Assembly (NCBI RefSeq): GCF_963921235.1
Contig: NC_086097.1
Coordinates: forward strand, 175,152,001-175,216,000
Length of the DNA stretch: 64,000 nt
Reading direction: 5' to 3'
From: Mobula hypostoma
Lineage: Eukaryota
The position numbers were made by a program, and so were the translations under genes. The notes beneath the pieces are model-generated. The model had not been told where the DNA came from. It saw nothing but the letters and a program-made list of their open reading frames with translations, and ran no database searches. This document shows, one piece after another, positions 40,609 to 52,714 of the stretch (its first letter is position 1; each line of letters begins with the position of its first letter).

Positions 40609-41837
40609 AGATTAAGTAAAGAAATCGAGCAAACTGCCTGTGTTGTAACAAGAGCCTCGACAGTTCAAAGTAAGTTTATTATCAATACATATATGTTACC
40701 ATATAATGCCAAGAGATTCATTTTCTTGCAGACATTTGCAGGGAAAAATAGAATTTCACTAAAAAGTTGTTTTATTTCCCATAAACAAAGACTGACAAAC
40801 AACCAATGTGCAAAAGATGAGAAATTGTTCAAATAAAATAAATAATATTGAGAACAAGAGTTGTAAAAAGTCCTTGAAAGTGAGTCTGTAGATAGTAGAA
40901 TCAGTTCACAGTAGTGGTGATTGAAGTTATCCATGTCTGTTCAGGAGCCTGATGGTTGTAGGGTAATAACTGTTCCTGACCCTGCTGAGCTAGGACCTAA
41001 GGGACCTTGATGTCTCATCTCCTGGAAATATGTCAAGCTGAGGGATCTGCCTGTCTCATTCAATGTGCCTATGTGTCATAAACCTTTTGTACCAAGGGCC
41101 CTGGGTGCTTGCCGCCTTATCCCTTGTGAGTGGTCCATCCAACAACATGACAAATATGCACTTGTTAAGCACAATGATTCTCCAAGTGATTCTCATCTCA
41201 CCTATGACTGGAAGAATATAATGGAAGGATGTAAGAAACAGGGGCAAGAGTAGACCAGCTGATCATTGATCCTGCTCCACCACTCCAAGCTGTGGAAGAT
41301 CTCCTATCCTTGTTCTGTTATCAGCACTCTCCTCATCTCTCTCCCTCTGACATGAAGAAATCTTGAATAAACTCATGGTCTTGTAACTCCACGGGGCTCA
41401 AGACTAGACAGTTCACAATATTCACTGCTCTGTGTGCAAAGATATTTTTGGATGAATGTTCTTGACCAGAAACATTGAGTGTCCACCTCCCTCCATCGAT
41501 GCCCACTAAGGCACCCCCAGCTTCCTCTGTGTTGTTTCATGGTAGAAATATCTAAAATTAGAGGGCAGAGATTCAGGATAAAAGGATAGCAACCTAGAGG
41601 GTCCTGAGGAAGAAATAGTTTCACTCAGAGGATAGCTGAAATCTCAAATACACTTCTTGAGGGGGTGGTAAAGGCAGAGACTCTCACAGACTCTTGAATG
41701 GATCTCTTGGTTGATAAAATGGTCTCACAATTTATCTTCAAACAACAGGAATTCTGCAGATGCTGGAAATTCAAGCAACACACATCAAAGTTGCTGGTGA
41801 ACGCAGCAGGCCAAGCAGCATCTATAGGAAGAGGCGC

Positions 41838-41873
41838 AGTCGACGTTTCAGGCCGAGACCCTTCATCAGGACC
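41838..41873 (-). ncRNA. Minimal type I hammerhead ribozyme (intact core)
   Basis: GGUC-CUGAUGA-AGG-gucucgg-CCU-GAAAC-GUC/GACU. Stem I GGUC:GACU, stem II AGG:CCU, loopless palindromic stem III ACGU, GUC cleavage triplet. Confidence 0.8.
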
Positions 41874-41904
41874 TGACGAAGGGTCTCGGCCTGAAACGTC
41901 GACT
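41869..41904 (+). ncRNA. Minimal hammerhead ribozyme motif (core intact, stem I 5' strand disrupted)
   Basis: ggac-CUGACGA-AGG-gucucgg-CCU-GAAAC-GUC/GACU. Confidence 0.6.
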
Positions 41905-42327
41905 GCGCCTCTTCCTATAGATGCTGCTTGGCCTGCTGCGTTCACCAGCAACTTTGATGTGTGTCACAATTTATCTTGTTATGATCTTGCACTTTATTAT
42001 TTACTACCAAAGCACTTTTTTGGTAGCTTTTACACATTATTTTGCGCTATTATTCAGGCAAACTCTCTGAGTGCCAAGGCAGAGAAGATCATGAAGGAAG
42101 TGCTGGTAGATAGGATTAGTGTAGATACATACTTAATGTTCAGCATGCACATAGCCTCTGCTGTACAACCCTATGATTATGACTAAATCAGTTTGTAAAT
42201 TTTTATATTTCCCTTTCTGGAAATCTAGACGTGCACAGAGAAGTTTGGATAGGTACATGGATGGGAGGTGTCTGAAGTGATACAATCCACATACAGGTAG
42301 ATGGGATGAGGCAGAAGATCAGCATGG

Positions 42328-43778
42328 AGCAGTAGAGGAGGTCATGGATAGACATGTCAGAATGGGAATGGGATGTGGAATTAAAATGCATGGCCACTGG
42401 GAGATCCTGCTTTCTCTGGCGGACAGAGCATAGGTGTTCAGCAAAGCGATCTCCTAGTCTGCGTCGGGTCTCGCCAATATATAAAAGACCACATCGGGAG
42501 CAGCGGACGCAGTATATCACCCCAGCCGACTCACAGGTGAAGAGTCGCCTCACCTGGAAGGACTGTCTGGGGCCCTGAATGGTGGTAAGGGAGGAAGTGT
42601 AAGGGCATGTGTAGCACTTGTTCCGCTTACAAGGATAAGTGCTGGGAGGGAGATCGGTGGGGAGGGATGGGGGGGACAAATGGACAAGGGAGTCACGTAG
42701 GGAGTGATCCCTGCGGAAAGCGGGGGTGGGGGGGAGGGAAAGATGTGCTTAGTGATGGGATCCCGTTGGAAGTGGCAAAAGTTACGGAGAATTATATGTT
42801 GGACCCGGAGGCTGGTGGGGTGGTAGGTGAGGACCAGGGGAACCCTCTTCCTAGTGGGGTGGCGGGCGGATGGAGTGAGAGCAGATGTGCGTGAAATGGG
42901 GGAGATGCGTTTGAGAGCAGAGTTGATGGTGGAGGAAGGGAAGCCCATTCGTCCCCACGCCACCCCCTCCCCACTGATCTCCCTCCCAGCACTTATCCGT
43001 GTAAGCTGAACAAGTGCTACACATGCCCTTACACTTCCTCCCTTACCACCATTCAGGGCCCCAGACAGTCCTTCCAGGTGAGGCGACACTTCACCCGTGA
43101 GTCAGCTGGGGTGATATACTGCGTCCAGTGTTCCCGATGTGGCCTTCTATATATTGGCGAGACCCGACGCAGACTGGGAGATCGTTCTGCTGAACACCTA
43201 CGCTCTGTCCGCCAGAGAAAGCAGGATCTCCCAGTGGCCACACATTTTAATTCCACATCCCATTCCCATTCTGATATGTCTATCCACGGCCTCCTCTACT
43301 ATCAAGATGAAGCCACACTCAGGTTGGAGGAACAACACCTTATATTCTGTCTGGGTAGCCTCCAACCTAATGGCATGAACATTGATTTCTCAAACTTCTG
43401 CTAATTCCCCACCTTCCCCTTGTACCCCCCCATTATTTATTTATATACACACATTCTTTTTCTCCCTCTGTCCCCCTGACTATACCCCTTGCCCTTCCTC
43501 TGGTTTCTCCCCCTTTTCTTTCTCCCTAGGCCTCCTGTCCCATGATCCTCTCATATCCCCTTTGCCAATCACCTGTCCAGCTCTTGGCTCCATACCTCCC
43601 CCTCCTGTCTTCTCCTATCATTTTGGATCTCCCCCTCCCCCTCCCACTTTCAAATCTCTTACTCACTCTTCCTTCAGTTAGTCCTGTCGAAGGGTCTCGG
43701 CCTGAAACGTCGACTGTACCTCTTCCTAGAGATGCTACCTGGCCTGCTGCGTTCGCCAGCAACTTTTATGTGTGTTGC
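42328..43778 (+). mobile_element. Penelope-like element (GIY-YIG endonuclease) with inverted 5' segment
   Basis: AGVIYCVQCSRCGLLYIGETRRRLGDR..EHL on the plus strand (43078-43404) and the same motif on the minus strand (about 42330-42947). The 3' end carries a hammerhead motif. Confidence 0.9.
43680..43715 (+). ncRNA. Minimal hammerhead ribozyme at the PLE 3' end (core substitution CUGUCGA)
   Basis: AGUC-CUGUCGA-AGG-gucucgg-CCU-GAAAC-GUC/GACU, with perfect stem I AGUC:GACU. Confidence 0.7.
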
Positions 43779-44110
43779 GATGCATGAAGCCTTTTTACCG
43801 TTTATGTTATCATCCACCACTAGAGGGAGATAGTAACAGTAAAATCAGAACATGTCTTCAAGGAAATTTTCTTAGGAACCATTACTGCAGCTACCAACAC
43901 CCTCAGCCATTGTACCTTCTCAGAAAATGAAGCAGTCCATAAACACAAGAGTTTCTGCAAACCCTGGAAATCTTGAACAACACTCACAAAATTCTGGAGG
44001 AAATCAGCAGGTCAGGCAGCAACTGAAAAGAGGAATAAATAATTGACGTTACAGGCATACAAGCAAGACCTTGGCAATGTTTGAGCATGGGCTGGAAAGA
44101 AGACAATACA

Positions 44111-44112
<2 letters not shown>

Positions 44113-44153
<41 letters not shown>
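44113..44153 (+). repeat. (TG)n microsatellite, about 20 units
   Basis: Directly visible. Confidence 0.98.
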
Positions 44154-44155
<2 letters not shown>

Positions 44156-46486
44156 GTTTCCATTCATTCATTAAGAACAACTAATATACTGTATCTGCTG
44201 CAAAGTAGGAATAATATTACTCTTAACAAGCGTAGATCTCATTTAAATCCCATATATTTCCCTTATAAAACAATAGGATTATTGTTTCATTATACAAGTA
44301 GACTGTTTCAGTTACACAAGTTACTGTGGCAAATTATATCATTTTGGACAAGATAGCAATGAATAAATTCAGTCGTTAACATGGCTCTCACTGAAGGATT
44401 TTTAACCAGATTGGCCCCCGCTTGAAAAATAGCAGGGTGTCCAGATGTAGAGTGACTACTTCACAAGCATTAAACCAAGAGCTCCAACTCAAATGATCGT
44501 TAGCGTGCGGTCTTATAAATCAACATCCCCCATTTTTTGGATGTACTGTACGCTCCTAACTTTTGTGTATTTTAACACCTGCAGGTTTGTGGATTTACAG
44601 TCAAAACCCAAGGGCTTAGCACCTAAGAGACTTCTAAACTCTCAGTTCTTCTGCTAATGAGGAAAACATTCAACACAACTAAACTCTGGTGATGATCCTT
44701 GGGGAGATCTTCCTTTATTTTTAAATGAGTGAATTTTTGAGCAAGATGCTGTAAAGCACAATTAATTAGTAATTGGCTTATTGCTGCCACTGATACTGAG
44801 GCACAGTGAAAAGCTTTGTTTTGCTGGCCATCCACATACCTCATTACATTAGTGCATTGCGGGAGTTCAAGGATAATCAATAACAGAATGCAGAATAAAA
44901 ACATACATTTTTAAAAGGAAAATGGAACCAAAAAAGTCAAAGTCTATTTTAGAGCAAAGTGATCAAAATTATCATGGTAATGTTATACTGAGGTAGTAAT
45001 TAGGATTGTCTTAGTTGGTTCAAAAACCTAATGGTTGAAGGGAAATACTGCTCTTGAACCTGGTAGTGTGGGACTTTAGGCTCCTGTACCTCCTACCTGA
45101 TGATTGCTGTGAAAAGATGGCATAGCACCAATAGCCAGGATCTTGGTGATTGATGTTACCTTCTTGATTTCCCAATCCTGGGAAAGACTATGCATTCACC
45201 CTGTCTATGCCCCTCATGACATTGTACCCCTCTATAAAATCACCCTTTCAGTCTCCTATGTCCCAGTAAATAAAATCCACAGGTTAATAGTGATGCTGCC
45301 TACACCACAACAGTTTCATTAGTTCATAACTGGATGTAAAGAACATCTTCATTATCCTGTCCAAGTGAACTGCCAGGGCCAATTCATATTTGATTTTTCC
45401 TTACGCTGTTGAAGGAAGCTATTGGTCCCTTCAAATCTATTCTAGCTCTCAGAGCAAGTGTTTCATTGTTTATTCTGCAATGGGTCACCACATTCATGTT
45501 GCCCATTTTTTACCATCAACACAAACACATTTGATTGCTTTATGTCCTTGTTCTCCAGAGAACACCCACTTGTGTTCTCTGCGTCGATGGTGTTGAGGAT
45601 GAAAGGGTGAGAGCTTCAAGTTCCTAAGTGTGAACACTCCAGTAGTCTGGTCCAGCCACATTGATGTCATGGCAAAGAAGACTCTACTTCTTCAGGAGGC
45701 TAAAGGGATTCATCAAGTCCTCAATGAACATTACCAATTTTTATCGATGTTCCATAGAAAGCAGTCTACCCGGATGAATAATGGCTTGAATATGTCAGCT
45801 GCTTTGCACATGACCACAAGAAACTACAGAGAGTTGTGAACAGAGCTCGGCACATCACATGAACCATCCTCCCTCCATGGTCTACACTTCTCACTGCCTA
45901 TGTAAAGTAATCAAAGGCCCTACCTCTCTCCCGTCGGGCAGAAGATACAAAAGCCTGAAAGCACATACCACCAAGGTCAATGACTGCTTCTTTCCCAATG
46001 TTATCAGACTCTTGAATGAACCTTTGTACGATAAGATGGATTCAGCCTCGCAATCTATTTCATTATGATTTTGCACTTAACCGCAAACGTGCACTGTATT
46101 TTTTGATAGCTTTTACATGTTATTCTGATTGTTATTGTTGTACCTTATTATTCTTGCACAATGCACTGTGTAATGATTTGATCTGTGTAAACAGATTCAG
46201 ATTTATTTATCACAGGTACATCTACATATCCAGGGAAGTAAGTCATTTGTGTTAACATCCAACACACCCAAGGCTGTTCTGAGGACAAATGTCATCACAC
46301 ATTCCTGTGCCAACAAAGCATGCTCACATCGCATGGCTGTACAACACAGATCACAACAAAACAGGACATACTGAGCAACAAAACAACAATGGCAAACAAG
46401 CCCCATTCCTCCCTCCCTCCCACTGATGTACAACTGTACACAGTCCTCCAACCCCGTATAGGCTGCCTTCTTTGGTCTCCAGTGGA

Positions 46487-47233
46487 TGTCATGGTCCGGT
46501 CCGTGAGGTCCGCATTCCGGTTCACGGTCCAGTCCGTCGATTCCTTATTCCGGGTTCTCCTGTTTTCCTTTATTCCATTGGGTGCCTTAATTGAGGCACC
46601 TGATTCTCGTTTTGGGCTGGCTACATAAATACCTCTCAAACCAGGGATTGTTTTCTTGACTGTTCTCTCCCCCCTTCCTTCTAAAGCCTTGCCTGCATCC
46701 CTGTCAAGTTCAACTGCTGGAGTGAGACTGGAGCCTTGCCATGCCAAGATAAGGAACTATTTATTGTTGAGTTTGGAACTGTCTCTTTGTGTCCCTGTGT
46801 TTAGTGTCTGTGTCAAAGAGGAGTCCTGGCCCTATGTCCTGTGCTTCCCAAGGAGGGGTCCTGACTCTGTGTTCTTTGGTCCTGTGTTCCAAGTTCCAGG
46901 TGCTGTGTTCCAGTCCTGTCCATGTGTCTTGTCCTGAGCAGGAGTCCCTTGTCCTGTCCTGTAGCCATGTCCTGTCCTTGCCAAGATCCTAAGTCCCGAG
47001 TCCTAGTCTAGACCTGGGTTCTGGGTCCTTGTCCAGGCTCTGGTTCTGGAGTTCTGTGTATCTAGTTCAAGTCCTAGCCCAGGCCCTGAATCCTAGTCCC
47101 GTCCAGAGCCTGTGTCAATGTCCAGCGTCGTTTCTTCCTTACTCGCCTTGCTACCTCGATAAACCTAATCCTGTTCCTAGAACTGCAGTGTCTGAGTCTT
47201 GCTTTCAGGTCTGCTCTCAATGCCCATGTAACA
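46487..47233 (+). mobile_element. Solo LTR (747 bp)
   Basis: TGTCA...TAACA termini and 5-bp TSD gtgga (46482-46486 and 47234-47238). TATA-like tacataaata and internal short cctgt(g/c) repeats. Confidence 0.82.
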
Positions 47234-47639
47234 GTGGACTTGTGGATTCACAGACACTGGGCTCTGACTTACCCATCGGGCTCGCAGAGATTCACAGACT
47301 CGGGCTCTGGCCATCAGCCCTCAACTTCTAGACTTCCAAACTTCCAATCAACCTTTGTGCTTTGATCTGGAGGTTTCCTCCTGCCATTAAGATATCGTTG
47401 TCCAGAAACCAGAAACAGTGTGCATGACTAGATTTCCTGGTATCTTGGTATGTGACAATAATAAATCATTACAAATTTGAATATTACCTATTCCCTCTCC
47501 CATGTCTTCTAAAGCAGCCACAAATTCTCTGGTTACCCTTCAGCACCTATGAACCCACCAACCTGCATGCCCTTGGGATGTGGGAGGAAGCTGTAAGAGA
47601 CTGTGGGAGACCCACACCACCACAAACTCCACGTGGAGT

Positions 47640-48227
47640 TACATAGAAAATAGGTGCAGGGGTAGGCCTTTCGGCCCTTCGAGCCTGAACCGCCATTGAT
47701 TACGATCATGGCTGATCATCTGACTCAGAACCCTATACCTGCCTTCTCTCCATACCCCTGATCCCTTTAGCCACAAGGGCCATATCTAACTCCCTCTTAA
47801 ATATAGCCAATGAACTGGCCTCAACTGTTTCCTGTGGCAGAGAATTCCACAGATTCACCACTCCCTGTGTGAAGAAGTTTTTCCTCATCTCGGTCTTCCC
47901 CTTTGTCCTCAAACTGTGACCCCTCGTTCTGGACTTCCCAAACATCGGGAACAATCTTCCTGCATCTAGCCTGTCCAATCCCTTTAGGATTTTATACGTT
48001 TCAATCAGATCCCCCCTCAATCTTCTAAATTCCAACGAGTATAAGCCTAGTCGATCCAGTCTTTCATCATATGAAAGTCCTGCCATCCCAGGAATCAATC
48101 TGGTGAACCTTCTTTGTACTCCCTCTATGGCAAGGATGTCTTTCCTCAGATTAGAGGACCAAAACTGCACACAATACTCCAGGTGTGGTCTCACCAAGGC
48201 CTTGTACAACTGCAGTAGTACCTCCCT
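47640..48227 (-). mobile_element. Young CR1 3' end
   Basis: YKALVRPHLEYCVQFWS...RTRGHSLR plus 3' UTR. Same subfamily as 38970 and 55225. Confidence 0.93.
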
Positions 48228-48404
48228 GATCCTGAGGTCAGCAGTGAACTTGGGTCACAGGCAAGCAGCAGCACTACCTTCTGTCTTGTGACTGACTGTC
48301 CTCCAAATTAGGGAGATTACCTTTGAAAGATGAAATTTAAAAAAATAGATGCTGGAAACCTGAACTAGAGGCAAGTCAAATTGAGACACTAGAGCGACTG
48401 AGGT

Positions 48405-48882
48405 GCTGGAAATCGGGAGCAACTCAGAAAATACTGGAGGAACTCAGCAGGTCAGGTGACAAGAACTAGAGATCAAGTGGACAGCCAGCAGCTTTTTCCC
48501 AGGGTGCAAATGGTTTATACAAGAGGACGTCATTTTAAGGCGATTGAAGTAAAGTACAGGGAGAATGTCAGAGGAAGTTTTTTCTACAGAGTATTCGGTG
48601 TGTGGATGGTGCTCCTGGGGTGGTTGTAGAGACAAGAGACTCTTGGATGAATGAAAGACAAATGGAGGGCTACTAGGGAGGGAAGTGTTAGATTGACCTT
48701 GGAGTAGGTTAAAAGATCAGCACAGCATCATGGGCCAAAGAGCCTGTATTGAGCTGTATCGTTCTACAATGTTCAGCGTCGGGCAGCATCTATGAAGGGA
48801 ATTGAACGGTCAAGGTTTTGGGCTGATAAGTTTGATGAAGAGTCTCGGCCTGAAACGTTGACTGTTCATTTTCCTCCATAGA
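48405..48882. mobile_element. Degenerate hammerhead foldback element interrupted by a CR1 tail
   Basis: Left arm gaggaactcagcaggtcagg..., CR1 3' fragment at about 48460-48770, then gcagcatctatg...tgatgaagagtctcggcctgaaacgttgactg. Confidence 0.6.
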
Positions 48883-51010
48883 CTGGAATTGGTTTACTAT
48901 TGTCATGTATACCCCGATATAGTGAATAGCTTGTCTTGCATACAGATCAAATCATTACATGGCGTATTGAGGTAGAACAAGGTAAAACAATAACAGAAAG
49001 CAGAATAAAGTATAACAGCCACAGAGAAAGAAAGCAGAGTGCAGGTAAACAATAAGGTGCAAGATCATATCAAGGCAAACTGAGGTCAAGAATCGATCTT
49101 ATGGTACTAGGGGACCATTCAATAGTCTTACAACAGAGGCATAGAAGATGTCCTTGAACCTGGTGGCGTTTGTAAACTCTGCCTAACAGGAGAGAGGAGA
49201 AGAAAGAATGTCTGCAGTCTTTGCTAGGAGTTCCAGAGCCAAGGGTCTTCATGCTGAAAATTCAGTTGAGTGGCCTCCTTCATGGAATCCAGAACCCTTC
49301 ACTGCACATCATCCAAGTATCCTGGAAGAAAGTTCAGGCAGGAAACACCTTCACAGCAAACGCAGTTTGGATCCAACACTACAGCCATGGCAGAAACACG
49401 TGGACGGCCCTGAACAGTGAAAAGGATTGGTCACAGCTGACGTGGCCACTTGTTGCAAAGACAGCACCTTAAACCTTCACGCATTGCCACTATAGGAACT
49501 GTGAGGCTCATAATAACATCTTGCCCCTGAGTGCAAGTTTCAGTCTGACAGATCGGAATTATATAGAACATTGAACAAACAGGCTCTCCAGCCCATTATG
49601 TTATGCTGATCTTTTAACCTATTCTCAGACCAATTTAACCCTTACCTCTCAATAGCCCTCCAATAGTTTTTATCTATATGCCTACCTCAGGGTCTCCCAA
49701 TGTATCTGTCTCTAACAGCAGCGACTCTTCTCATCCTCCTTCTCTCCAGAGAGAAAAGCCCTGGCTTGCTCAACCTATCCTCATATGAGATACTCTGTAA
49801 TCCAGGCAACGTCCTGGTAAACCTCTCTGCACCCTCTCTAAAGCTTCCACATCCTTCCTATAACAAGGTGACCAGAACTGTACACAATAATCCAGGTGTT
49901 ATCTAATTTTATAGAGCTGCAACATTACATCATGGCTCTTGAACTCAGTGCCCTGACGAATGAAGGTCAATACACTGTACACCTTCATAACCACCCTATC
50001 AAGTGGTACAGCAACTTTGTGGACTTAAACCCCAAGGTCCCTCTGTTCCTCCACATGGCAAAGAATCCTGCAGTATGACTTTCCAAAGCATCACTTCACA
50101 CTTCTGCCCTCGGGCAAGGTGTTGGGCAAGTTAGGGGATATTTTCTGCATCTGAAGTCATTCTTAAAATAAGTCGGATTCATAAAAATTCATCCTATTGC
50201 ACTGTAGGTTTAACTAGTATTGTTAGTGTATATCACATATCTAATTTTCAGTCATTTTCAGAATGCCTTCAGAGACAATTTGCAACAGTATCATCAGAGA
50301 GAATCCAGTCAGTTAAATATATTGTCAGACACACAGTATTTGAGGCTCTTTCAACTGTCTACTACAGAATTCAAGGGATAATGTGGTATTTTGAAGGAAA
50401 TTACAAGATTTTCATTGATTAGTTTTTGATATACCCATTAAAGTTACTGAACGTACCACCAACTGGCAAACCACAAAATGCATTCATAAGAATTTAGTCA
50501 AGCTACTAACAAGTTTAAAGGTTTATAAACAAATATTTCTAGAAAATCACCTGTATTATGTTTAAAATACATTTATAACTTTAGGTTAATAATGACAATT
50601 CAAGATTTTAGATCCTGTTATTTTTCTCTATTGTAACCCTGTTATATCATTCAAATCTATTGATTATAATTTAGCAAACATGAAAGCACAGACATCACTG
50701 ACTAGTAGTGTTTTGAAAGACAAGAGTTGAATGTTAACAAACTAATTTTATTTGACAATTACGCTGGACTTGTTCATAAAATTGATCACCCCATTTTACC
50801 TCTTGTAAATATTCCAAGAGAATTGACTTAATCACCATGACATGAGGCCTCTGTCGGTCAGGGTCAACCAGGGATGTTGTGTCCTAGCTATCTAGATATG
50901 CAAGCCAGGGTAGTAGAATGTGGAGAGAGAGCAAGCTGTTGCCAATGTAGCAATTTAGATTGTGCAGTAAAGCACAATTTCAGACAAAATTAATTCTATG
51001 TAATCCCTAG

Positions 51011-51187
51011 TAACACACAAAATGCTGGAGGAACTCAGCAGGTCAGGCAGCATCTATGGAGGGCAATAATCAATTGACATTTTGGGCTGATACCCGATGA
51101 AGGGTCTTGGCCCAAAATGTCAACTGTTTACTCCCCCTCCATGGATGCTACCTGACCTGCTGAGTTCCTTAAGCATTTTGTGTGTTA
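51011..51187. mobile_element. Older hammerhead foldback element
   Basis: Arms taacacacaaaatgctggaggaactcagcaggtcagg.. and ..cctgacctgctgagttccttaagcattttgtgtgtta. Centre cgatgaagggtcttggcccaaaatgtcaactg. Confidence 0.8.
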
Positions 51188-52714
51188 ATTCAGTATAAAT
51201 TTTTTGAACCTTTCCAACAAACAAGTAACTAGTAATTCCCGGAGGAATTCCCCATAATTAGCAATTTAGTTACTCTTAGTTCCCAGACAATATCTCCTCT
51301 CCTTTCACTGGATTATTAATGAGGTAAAATTAAAATCTGTAATTCTATCCACTCACGAGTCACAATGAAAGTGGGAAACTAATAACTGGGTGCAGTTGTA
51401 CTGAGCAGCTGTTCTGAGCAGAACAACTGCTGTTGAGCCCTTCAAAAAAAAGATAAATTCCAAATTTAAATACACGTACACCAAGGGGCTGAGAGCTACT
51501 GGTTTGTTATTGTCACATGTGAGGTACAATTCACTGTTTGGACAATCCAAACGCTGGCCCAGATAGGCCGGGTGTCGAGTCAGGCGAGGTTGGATCGCTC
51601 TGGGCACCAATCTAACTTGGAGGGGTTGAGTACAGCTCCTACCGCAGTGATATCTAGGTCCAGAGCAATTCAGTGCGGCGGAGCCTGGGCTCTAATGTGA
51701 GGTACCATTTGCTGGTCAGACAATTTAAACGCTAGCCCAGATAGTCTCGGGGTTCCTCACTCTGTGAAGCTAAGGCTGTGAGACTGCCCCCAGCTGCTGT
51801 GCTTCATGTCTGCGAACTTTGCGGCGATTTGCCCTGCTAATATGATGAACTAAATACTGAGGCTTTGGGCCTACTCTGGGATTTGGATCAAAGAACTCAA
51901 TTTGGTTCAGAATGCTGTCGTTGTTGCTCGCTTCTATTGTTTGCATGAATTGTTCTTTTCTCTCTCTATGTGCACATTGGAGGTTGGTCTTTATTTTTTT
52001 TAATTGGGTTATTTTGTGTTCCTTGCTTTGCAACTGCCTGTAATTGAACAAATTTCAAGGTTGTATAATTTATGCATTCTTTGATAATAAATGTACTTGA
52101 CTCTTTGACTGTACCAAGATACACTCTGCAGTTTCTTTGCAGTCATAAGCAGAGCAATTGCATGCCAAGCTATTATGCTTCCGGACAGAACGCTTTCTAT
52201 GGCATCGATAAAATTTGCTAAGAGTTAACAGGGACATGTCACATTTCTTTAGCCTCCTGAGGAAGTAAAGGCATTACTGAGCTTTCTTGACCATGGTATC
52301 AATGTGGTTGGACCAAGACAGACGACTGGTGATGTTCACACTTAGGACCTGGAAGCTCTTGACCCTATTAACCTCAACACTATTGATGTAGACAGGAGCA
52401 TGTGCACTGCCCCACTTCCTGATGTCAAAGAACAGCTCTTTTGTTTGACATCATTTCACAAAGCTCTTTACCTCCCTCCTGTACTCCAACTCACCCTATT
52501 GCTGGCAGCTCAGGTTTATCTCTGCTGTTACAGCCCACGATGAAGCTCAATGCCAGAGCAGGGTCTAGCTGGGATTACATTAGCAAAAGAGCACTCAGAC
52601 CCTGTGTCAGGTCGGACCTGGAGATCTGAAATCACATTGATGTCACTGTTGATTCTAGGCCCTTGGATGATGAGGTAAACACAAGGGTAAGTTGTTTTAG
52701 ATACTTGGAGACAT

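Larger units (their letters stand above)
41739..41964. mobile_element. Foldback mini-element derived from a Penelope-like 3' terminal repeat, with two inverted hammerhead motifs
   Basis: 93-bp inverted arms (41778-41870 and 41872-41964) with 1 mismatch. TSD cacaatttatctt at 41726-41738 and 41965-41977. Arm closely matches 43683-43778. Confidence 0.88.

Noticed and set aside
41625..42186. Mirror-image ORFs on both strands with identical peptides
   Set aside because: Artefact of the DNA palindrome. There is no sign of a real protein.
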